Positions 1 through 7,239 of a DNA stretch of 13,642 nucleotides are shown in pieces (within the stretch, counting starts at the first letter, position 1; every line of letters begins with the position of its first letter). Made by a program: the position numbers and the translations under genes. Source of the DNA: a bacterium (GTDB lineage Bacteria; Fidelibacterota; Marinisomatia; Marinisomatales; UBA1611); the NCBI GenBank assembly GCA_038127595.1, contig JAYPIC010000018.1, positions 1 through 13,642 on the forward strand, written 5' to 3'. Below the pieces are notes generated by a model. The model saw only the letters and a list, made by a program, of their open reading frames with translations, searched no databases and was not told where the DNA came from.

Positions 1-3000
1 GCAATGAAGACCGATCTATCTGTTCCTCTACCATATGCATCATAATCACCAATAGTATAGTTACTATAATAGATTAGAGTATCTGTTTGAACCCCTTCCA
101 TTTCTGGCATCCAATAGACATCTATACTGTCAATACCACCTGGCGTAATTGTTATTGGGAATGTGCTGTTGTATTCAACATCAAAGTAATCACCAACTGC
201 AAACGCCATATCATCAATTACAAGATCTTGGCTACCTGTGTTTCTTAAATAGTAACGCACAGAATCCCCTGTTGGTTGAGTGACACCAAAGTCATACTCG
301 GTTCCTACATAAAGAACAGGGTTTGGGTTCATATACATACCAGGATAAGCAACATCATCTATTCTCAACATCCATCCAGCCTTAACAGATTGAATTAGAA
401 GCCAAGAATTTTGACCAGCATATGATGAAAGATCATAACTAAAAGGTGCGTAACCATCAAATGGAGGTGTACCCTCTCCTAACATAGTAAATGCATCTGT
501 ATTTACAAACCCGGTATCAACACCTTCTGCGTTTGTTCCCATTATTGGCGCCTCTGAACTAACCCAGATGACCATGGAATCCATTGGAGTACTAACACCG
601 TCAGAATATCCACCTTGAGCCCAAAATGAAAAGACATCTCCGGCCTCAACTTCTAATTTAGGCGAAACTAGAAAATCATTTACACCACCCCAATAACCTT
701 CATAAGAATATACACCAGCAAAATTAGGACCTGAGTGGCCATCACCCCCAAACCACAACCATGTGTCTGGAGTACCATTATATTCTTCACCTACTAGACT
801 ATATTCATCCCAACCTATCCAGCTGCTTTCGAATGTTGCGACTTGAACACCAGCATTGCCTTCAGGACTAATTGTAACTGAAGCTGCACCTGAAGCTGAT
901 CCATCAAACACAATGTCTCCCACAAGAATTCCTTGAACATTTGGCGTATATGTAACCTCCATAGAATCCATAATTCCTGGCTCTAATCCAGAAATACTGG
1001 TAGACCCAGTTACACCTTCAGGATATGTAATAGAGCCCTCATAGTTTCCAGATCCTACATTCATATAATATAACCACTCTACACTTGATGTCCCCATTGC
1101 TGTTGGAGGAAAAACAAGACTAGATGTTGCCAGAATTGGAATAATTGGGTCTGGTTTGGATCTAATAACTATGTTGTCAATAGCCCAACGATTTCCATAC
1201 ACTCCAACATATACGAAAGCAAAGTGTGCCGTTCCACTGTAACCAGAAAGATCTATTGTTGCTTCAGTCCAACCAGAAGATCCATAATTAGCTTCATAAA
1301 CCTCTGTCCAGGTCGATCCACCATCTGTTGAAATTGAAATCCCGCAGTAAGTAGCATCTCCACCATATTGCATATATTCATTAAAATCCATTTCATAATG
1401 ATAATCAGCTACTAATGGCATTTCAATGGCTGGTGTGATTGCCGTGTCTTGTTCAGAAGGACCGCTAGATGGACCATACTCATGATACAAAGCATAAGGA
1501 AGAGTTGAGCTGTTTGTTTCCCATGTCTCATCTCCTCCGCCATCAATAAATTGCCATCCATCAGGAGATACATCACCCGAAAAAGTCTCCATATACACAG
1601 CATCTATACCATATCCACTTAAAGATACAATAATATCATCTCCAGCGTTATGAGAAACTGTCATCGTTGCACTATATTCAGCGTCTACATCTGTTGGTGG
1701 AGAAAAAACAACATCAAAAGATCCAATTCCACCTGAAGCAGTAACAACAGGAAGAGTAGACTCGGTTGATAATGAAAAAGGACCTTCCGTAAATGTAACG
1801 GCTGTTACCTCAAGATCTGAACCGCCCGTATTATAATAATCCCATACGAATGAACTTGTCTCCCCAGCGTTAACTGTGCCAAAGTCTACTGAACTAAAAT
1901 AGTCATAAATAACTGGACCTGTAGATTGATAAACAGCAGATGTTGCAACATCATCAAGATACATATACCATGCATCAGGGCTAGTACATTGAATTGCAAC
2001 CCTTACCTGAGTACCAGCATAGGCTGAAAGATCATATTCATAAGCAGTGTAATCAACTGGTATCGCTGGATCTGTTCCAAGAGTGACATCAAAAGAAGCC
2101 ACATCACCACCACCAGTAGTAGAAAGCATAACATTCATACTTTCAAGCCACGTAGAACTTCTAGATCTAGTATAAAAAGAAAAAATATCTCCAGCAGCTA
2201 CATCTAGTACTGGTGAAACTAACCAATCATCACTAACAGCCTCATAATATTTATAAGCAAAACCGTCGCCTGTGTGTGCGTAAGTTTCTCCACCGCCAAA
2301 ATCCCATTCATAATTTCCACCATCATTATTAATGACATCCCAGCCAACAGGCCAATCTGCATAACCATCTCCATCAAGGTCATCATCCCAAGTTGCTATC
2401 GAACCACCTGCATTACCACTTACAGAAACAGAACCATCACCTCCATTAGAAGTAATTGTGATTGTACCAGAATGAATTCCCGAAGCGGTCGGCGCATAAG
2501 AAATAGTTATATCTGTAGTTGTTTCTGTTGCAAACGTTGCTGGGCCGGTAAACCCATCTGAATAAGAAATGCTTCCAGAAAGCTCACCTACACCAGCATT
2601 AACCAAGCTTAAAACAGCTGATCTTGTCTCACCAATCACTGTCGCAGGAAAAACAACAGGTAGTGCGGGTAAATCTCCTAATATTGGAAGAGCTGGAGCA
2701 TCTTCAACAGACACGTCGTCAATCCCAAAACCCCAATAAGCAGAGTTTGAAGACGTTTGATGAAAAGCAAAGCGTATGTCTGTACCATCATAAGCTGAAA
2801 GATCTAATGAGTGTTCCGTAAGAACTGTATTATCACAAGTATATGTTCCAAGGTTTACTCCAGCGGTAACATCAACTACGCCACCAGGGAAAACATATAC
2901 ATCAAAAACATTAGGATAATTTGCACTCTCTACCACATCCTTCCATTTTAAAAGCTGATTTCCTGTTATGGAAATAATTGGTGAAATAAGCCAATCATCG

Positions 3001-5273
3001 TTATTACCACTGCCATAAGCAGCATAAACATCAACTTCAGGAATGTATGTATTTGCTTGCCTCCATGTCCAACTATCACCATCACTATTTATTACTTGCC
3101 ACCCAGCAGGAGCTGCAGGGTCTCCAGTCCAAGACCCATCAAAGTCTTCATCTAACACATTCGGACTACCAACCCCTGAAACAGCCACACTGTTTGTGCT
3201 TGGGTCTCCGTTATGTGTAATTGTTATTACACCTTGATCAGCACCTTCTTCAGTTGGTGTGTAAGTAACTGTGACTGTAGCGGTTTGACCTGGCGCAATT
3301 GTAGCTGGCATATCAGAAACTGTAAACTTTGAGTTATCACTAGTGACAACACCAACTAAATCGCCACCGCCATTATTTGTAACAGCAAAGTCAGCGCTTT
3401 TAGAACCACCTCCAATGTATACATTACCAAAGTCAATTTCACCTGTAGAAATTGATGCAATTGGATATGTAGGAGGTTCATCGACTGTAATATCATCTAA
3501 ATGAGGATTACTGTAACCATATACACTAGTTCCAACAAATTGTAGTTTAATAGATTGCCCAACATATGATGAAAGATCGACAACCATTTCTTCCCAACCT
3601 AAGGTGGTCGCAGGAGTATTAAACAATGATGAAGATGTACCATCAGCGTTTACAACTAAAACCTGTACAAAGTCAGCATCTCCTGAATCCCAATATTGAA
3701 ATCTTAATTCAGGGGCTGTAGAGCCATACAAATTGATATTTTCGGTGGTAATAGAACCCACAGACCCCGTAAAATAACTATAATCATTAAAATATGCCGC
3801 ACCAACACCGGAAGCCGCTGAACCAGGACCCCAAGAAGCGCTTGGCCCAAGTTGCCAAGGATAATCATCAGAGACTACCCAACCACTGGAAAACCCATTT
3901 TCAAAATCTTCTGAGAAGTAAGGTGTTTCAAGTTCATTCATGTGAACAGTAACATCATTTAAAGTCACTGGCGCATCGAGCGTAGTAACATAAAGCAAGA
4001 AAGAACTGTATGTATTATCACCTTGCGGCGGAATATCTACAACATAATTCATTGCATCTGTACCGGTTACAGTTACCGCTGCTGTATTAAAGCTTGGCTC
4101 TGTATTTGGGTAGGGGTTGAACTCAAATCTAAAATAAACGCTTGCGTCTGTTCCCGCTGTTGAACCAGAAAATGAGATTGAACCACCGTATGGAAAAGAC
4201 ATTGGGTAAATAGAAGCGTCTTGGTTAGCAAACCCCGCCCAAGACTGTGCACCTGTTGGCATTGTGTAGGTGTTGGTGGTGGCATCATATTGCGTTCCAT
4301 CAAACACACCGGCAAAAACAATTCCCACACTGTGAAAACCAACGTAATCCCAAGTGTTTTGGTCATAAACTACCCACTCAGAGTTTGCTGCATCGGTTCC
4401 TGCAGATGAAGCCCAATCTCCACCATTTCCTGTTGACACACTAGATTTTCTTACGAGCGTATGATCTTTTGTAGCGTCAGACTCTCCTGCCACATCCCAA
4501 CCACTGCCAGGATCTGCATAAGTATCATCGAAAATACTTTGACCAATAACATCTATTACATCAAAATCATCTTCTGTTCCTTTCACCAAAGCAAAGCCAT
4601 CATCGCCGTTACTAAGATAAGTAAAGGTTTGGTCACACTCTGCTTGAATGGATGCATCAGCGCTACCATGGCATATGACATAGACATCTCCTGGAGACAC
4701 ACTCGCACCATCATCAAAAGTATTCCAATACTCATGTTCACCAGCAACCGTTGGATCATTTGAAACATTTGGAAACGCATACTGTGTTAAATCAACAGCA
4801 TCGTTTGTTGGGTTGTAAATCTCTAAGTATTTATGATTCGATGAGCCCTCCGCATATTCAGAAAAGAATATTGTTCCATGCTCCCGAGACATCAAAGAAG
4901 GGGAACCGCCCTGCTGGTTGGCTCTTGGCCCTTGAATGAAGCTGGGCATCCTAGTATTACCTGTGTTTTTATGCCCCATTTCAAATTTTTGTAAATCAGT
5001 TGCTTTTGAATTAGCACCAAAAGTTTCTGTTTCAGCGCTTTTTAATTCATCTGAACCAATATTGTTTTTTACTTTTTTAAGATTAAGCGACTTTAGATTG
5101 CGAGCACTGGTTTTGCTCCTAAGATTAGATTCAATGTTTTTGTCACTTTTAGAAACGAACTCTGTTTTTGGTAATTTACTTTGTGAGTTCATTTCTTTTT
5201 TAACTAAACCTTCGTTACTCGCTGAAAGCAATACTAGGCTTAGGGATATAATCACAGATATCATTTTATACAT
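1..5273 (-). CDS. Giant secreted multidomain surface/adhesin-like protein (lamin-tail-like domain plus 5x jelly-roll/ASH Ig-like units); 3'-partial, at least 1757 aa
   Basis: Hand translation gives an uninterrupted frame from ATG 5273 (MYKMISVIISLSLVLLSA, signal-peptide-like) to the window edge. LTD-like segment IFFSEYAEGSSNHKYLEIYNPT...TKDHTLVRK...W at ~4332-4877. Jelly-roll modules carry EDF..P.GW, DDWL(I/V)SP, DLSxYxG and (L/I)DD(I/V) motifs. Ig-like modules carry DFG.V / VFP.T, N.GG.DL and V.YTP motifs. SD AGGGAGGA lies 7 nt upstream. The ORF track omits it because there is no stop codon in the window. Confidence 0.9.
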   Translation of the reverse strand, partial: MYKMISVIISLSLVLLSASNEGLVKKEMNSQSKLPKTEFVSKSDKNIESNLRSKTSARNLKSLNLKKVKNNIGSDELKSAETETFGANSKATDLQKFEMGHKNTGNTRMPSFIQGPRANQQGGSPSLMSREHGTIFFSEYAEGSSNHKYLEIYNPTNDAVDLTQYAFPNVSNDPTVAGEHEYWNTFDDGASVSPGDVYVICHGSADASIQAECDQTFTYLSNGDDGFALVKGTEDDFDVIDVIGQSIFDDTYADPGSGWDVAGESDATKDHTLVRKSSVSTGNGGDWASSAGTDAANSEWVVYDQNTWDYVGFHSVGIVFAGVFDGTQYDATTNTYTMPTGAQSWAGFANQDASIYPMSFPYGGSISFSGSTAGTDASVYFRFEFNPYPNTEPSFNTAAVTVTGTDAMNYVVDIPPQGDNTYSSFLLYVTTLDAPVTLNDVTVHMNELETPYFSEDFENGFSSGWVVSDDYPWQLGPSASWGPGSAASGVGAAYFNDYSYFTGSVGSITTENINLYGSTAPELRFQYWDSGDADFVQVLVVNADGTSSSLFNTPATTLGWEEMVVDLSSYVGQSIKLQFVGTSVYGYSNPHLDDITVDEPPTYPIASISTGEIDFGNVYIGGGSKSADFAVTNNGGGDLVGVVTSDNSKFTVSDMPATIAPGQTATVTVTYTPTEEGADQGVITITHNGDPSTNSVAVSGVGSPNVLDEDFDGSWTGDPAAPAGWQVINSDGDSWTWRQANTYIPEVDVYAAYGSGNNDDWLISPIISITGNQLLKWKDVVESANYPNVFDVYVFPGGVVDVTAGVNLGTYTCDNTVLTEHSLDLSAYDGTDIRFAFHQTSSNSAYWGFGIDDVSVEDAPALPILGDLPALPVVFPATVIGETRSAVLSLVNAGVGELSGSISYSDGFTGPATFATETTTDITISYAPTASGIHSGTITITSNGGDGSVSVSGNAGGSIATWDDDLDGDGYADWPVGWDVINNDGGNYEWDFGGGETYAHTGDGFAYKYYEAVSDDWLVSPVLDVAAGDIFSFYTRSRSSTWLESMNVMLSTTGGGDVASFDVTLGTDPAIPVDYTAYEYDLSAYAGTQVRVAIQCTSPDAWYMYLDDVATSAVYQSTGPVIYDYFSSVDFGTVNAGETSSFVWDYYNTGGSDLEVTAVTFTEGPFSLSTESTLPVVTASGGIGSFDVVFSPPTDVDAEYSATMTVSHNAGDDIIVSLSGYGIDAVYMETFSGDVSPDGWQFIDGGGDETWETNSSTLPYALYHEYGPSSGPSEQDTAITPAIEMPLVADYHYEMDFNEYMQYGGDATYCGISISTDGGSTWTEVYEANYGSSGWTEATIDLSGYSGTAHFAFVYVGVYGNRWAIDNIVIRSKPDPIIPILATSSLVFPPTAMGTSSVEWLYYMNVGSGNYEGSITYPEGVTGSTSISGLEPGIMDSMEVTYTPNVQGILVGDIVFDGSASGAASVTISPEGNAGVQVATFESSWIGWDEYSLVGEEYNGTPDTWLWFGGDGHSGPNFAGVYSYEGYWGGVNDFLVSPKLEVEAGDVFSFWAQGGYSDGVSTPMDSMVIWVSSEAPIMGTNAEGVDTGFVNTDAFTMLGEGTPPFDGYAPFSYDLSSYAGQNSWLLIQSVKAGWMLRIDDVAYPGMYMNPNPVLYVGTEYDFGVTQPTGDSVRYYLRNTGSQDLVIDDMAFAVGDYFDVEYNSTFPITITPGGIDSIDVYWMPEMEGVQTDTLIYYSNYTIGDYDAYGRGTDRSVFI

Positions 5274-5280
5274 ACTAATT

Positions 5281-5288
5281 TCCTCCCT
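5281..5288 (-). promoter_or_regulatory. Strong Shine-Dalgarno site (AGGGAGGA) of the giant surface-protein gene
   Basis: Plus-strand tcctccct at 5281-5288, with a 7-nt spacer to the ATG at 5273. Confidence 0.8.
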
Positions 5289-5375
5289 ATTTATTAGTAG
5301 TTAATACAATTCTTGTGGTTTGTGGAGAGACTCGAGGTGAACTTAAATGAAAAAAATTTACACAAATCTCATAAA

Positions 5376-5404
5376 AATATACTCACGGTTTTAACACAGG
5401 TCAA
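5376..5404 (-). promoter_or_regulatory. Putative sigma70 promoter of the giant gene
   Basis: Minus strand TTGACC (5404-5399), 17-nt spacer, TATATT (5381-5376). Confidence 0.6.
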
Positions 5405-5490
5405 GTAAATAGATTAAGTTGAATTAAATTTTAAGTTTAAGGTTGTAAAAAAATTAAACTTTTAAGAATCTTATAAAAAAACTTAAAACT

Positions 5491-6828
5491 TTAAAAAATC
5501 TCTGAGCTAAAATCGCTCGTTATTTGATTTATTGTTTGATTTACTTTTGTTTTTTCAGTCTTTTTTTGTTCAATTGTTTTTATAGCATGCATTACAGTTG
5601 TATGATCCCTACCACCAAAATACATACCAACACTACTTAAAGATGCATCTAACAGGTTTCTGCAAAGAAACATTGCTGTTTGCCTCGCTTCTACAAATTC
5701 TTTTTTTCGACTCTTTCCTACAATATTGTCTTCATTGATTCCCGTGACTTCAACGACTTTACGCACTACATCTTCCATTGAAAAGTCTCTGTTTACTTGT
5801 TCACCCACCCTTTCTTTTACAACATCTTTTACAAGTGTCTGATCTATGTCTTGATTCATAAGAGAAGATCTAGCTAAGAGCCTTATAATAGTTCCCTCTA
5901 AATCTCTTATGTTTGTTCTCATATGTGTAGCAATAAACTCTATAACATCATATGGCAGGTCTACCCCATTTCGCTCTGCCTTATCCATTAAAATTGCAAC
6001 TCGAACTTCAAAATCTGGGGGTTGAATATCTACAGACAAACCAGATTGAAAACGAGATAAAAGCCTATCTTGCAAACCCTGCATTTCACCTGGATATCGA
6101 TCTGCAGTTAAAACAATTTGTTTCCCTGATTGATACAACTCATTAAAGGTGTGGAAAAACTGCTCCTGTGTTTGCTCTTTACCTTTGAAAAACTGAATGT
6201 CATCTATTAGCAGGAGGTCGGCATTTCTATATTGTCTTGCAAACTCAACGGTTCTGTTTTTTCTTAGGCCATTTACAAAATCAAGGGTGAATTTTTCACT
6301 TGTGGCAATTACAATGCGCTTATCTGAAGAGGTTTCTAACACCCTATTACCTATTGCATGTAAAAGATGAGTTTTGCCCAAACCCGTCCCCCCATATATA
6401 ATGAGCGGGTTAAATGACTGCTTACCGGGGTTTTCTGCTACTGCTTCCGCAGCAGTTTTTGCAAATTGATTATTTGCCCCCTCAATAAATGTTTCAAAAA
6501 CATGGTCACTATTTAATACGGGAATTAAATGCGACTTTTTTGAAGGCGTCTGATCTTGTTGTTCTTTTTGATCTGGTATTTGAATTTCTGCAGAAATAAT
6601 GAACTTTGTTTTTACATCGCCCAAGCCCAGAGACTTAAGAACAAAATCAATATTCGACCGATAGTGCGACTCAATCCAATCATAAAAAAATTGACTAGGC
6701 ACCTCAAGCACAAACTCTTTGTGCTCCAAAGCAATTGGGTTTATCGGATCAAACCACGTACTTATTGTATGAGCTGGTAGTTTTTCTGAGAGCCCCTCTT
6801 TTACCCTTAACCAAGTATCTTTTACCAT
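5491..6828 (-). CDS. dnaA: Chromosomal replication initiator protein DnaA
   Basis: 445 aa. F.TFIEGANNQFA, NPLIIYGGTGLGKTHLL (Walker A), LLLIDDIQF (Walker B), QEQFFHTFN, RL.SRF..GL, NIRDLEG, and the domain IV signature GGRDHTTVMHA. Confidence 0.99.
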   Translation of the reverse strand: MVKDTWLRVKEGLSEKLPAHTISTWFDPINPIALEHKEFVLEVPSQFFYDWIESHYRSNIDFVLKSLGLGDVKTKFIISAEIQIPDQKEQQDQTPSKKSHLIPVLNSDHVFETFIEGANNQFAKTAAEAVAENPGKQSFNPLIIYGGTGLGKTHLLHAIGNRVLETSSDKRIVIATSEKFTLDFVNGLRKNRTVEFARQYRNADLLLIDDIQFFKGKEQTQEQFFHTFNELYQSGKQIVLTADRYPGEMQGLQDRLLSRFQSGLSVDIQPPDFEVRVAILMDKAERNGVDLPYDVIEFIATHMRTNIRDLEGTIIRLLARSSLMNQDIDQTLVKDVVKERVGEQVNRDFSMEDVVRKVVEVTGINEDNIVGKSRKKEFVEARQTAMFLCRNLLDASLSSVGMYFGGRDHTTVMHAIKTIEQKKTEKTKVNQTINQITSDFSSEIF

Positions 6829-6837
6829 AATTAATAT

Positions 6838-6857
6838 TTATCCACAAGTTATCCACA
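6838..6857 (+). promoter_or_regulatory. Two perfect tandem DnaA boxes (TTATCCACA-AG-TTATCCACA)
   Basis: TTATCCACA at 6838-6846 and 6849-6857, 10-29 nt upstream of the dnaA ATG. Confidence 0.93.
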
Positions 6858-6915
6858 TCCCCTTGAACTTTTAAATTACTTACTTTTTTTTAACACAACT
6901 AAGAAATTTTACTTT

Positions 6916-6943
6916 ATTATAAAATTTATTTTACTTTTGGCAT
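6916..6943 (-). promoter_or_regulatory. Putative dnaA promoter
   Basis: Minus strand ATGCCA (6943-6938), 16-nt spacer, perfect TATAAT (6921-6916). The AT-rich context raises the chance of a random match. Confidence 0.45.
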
Positions 6944-6965
6944 ATATCTTCATATTTTGTATCTT
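6937..6965 (+). promoter_or_regulatory. Putative rpmH(-yidC) promoter
   Basis: TTGGCA (6937-6942), 17-nt spacer, TATCTT (6960-6965), ending 24 nt upstream of the rpmH ATG. Confidence 0.5.
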
Positions 6966-6989
6966 TCTCGGCTTTTTAAAGTTTATATT

Positions 6990-7124
6990 ATGAAAAGAAC
7001 ATATCAACCAAGTAAGCGCAAGCGTAAAAACAAGCATGGTTTCCGGTCTAGGATGAAAACCGTCGGGGGTAGGGCTGTTTTACGTAGAAGAAGAAAAAAA
7101 GGACGCAAGGTCTTAAGTGCATAA
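6990..7124 (+). CDS. rpmH: 50S ribosomal protein L34
   Basis: [44 protein letters not shown] (44 aa). Canonical L34 sequence in the canonical position divergent from dnaA; below the ORF-track length cutoff. Confidence 0.99.
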   Translation: MKRTYQPSKRKRKNKHGFRSRMKTVGGRAVLRRRRKKGRKVLSA

Positions 7125-7239
7125 TTGCGCTTAAAATTAAACGTTGCTTTACTTCTACGCTTATTTTCTAAAAAATTACTGTTTATAGTTTGTCCAACTT
7201 TGGACTCAACAATTCGGCTTATAAGGTTTTTATACAATT

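Noticed and set aside
1308..1331. Asp-box-like STDGGSTW suggesting a sialidase/BNR propeller
   Set aside because: It is a single copy inside a jelly-roll module, where such hairpins are common; there is no propeller repeat series.
407..3578. Recurring nucleotide motif ...GAAAGATC... (near 428, 1246, 2026, 2797, 3571), including a shared 16-mer catatgatgaaagatc
   Set aside because: It encodes the conserved DLSxYxG motif of the protein repeats at ~0.8-kb spacing. It is not a CRISPR array, a DGR template/variable repeat pair or a recombination site.
1412..5304. Short ORF-track entries (1412-1603, 2274-2561, 2624-2821, 3043-3237, 4073-4366, 4221-4409, 4247-4444, 4461-4763, 4583-4780, 4751-4939, 4936-5304)
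   Set aside because: All are antisense or off-frame shadows of the giant minus-strand CDS, with no recognisable motifs.
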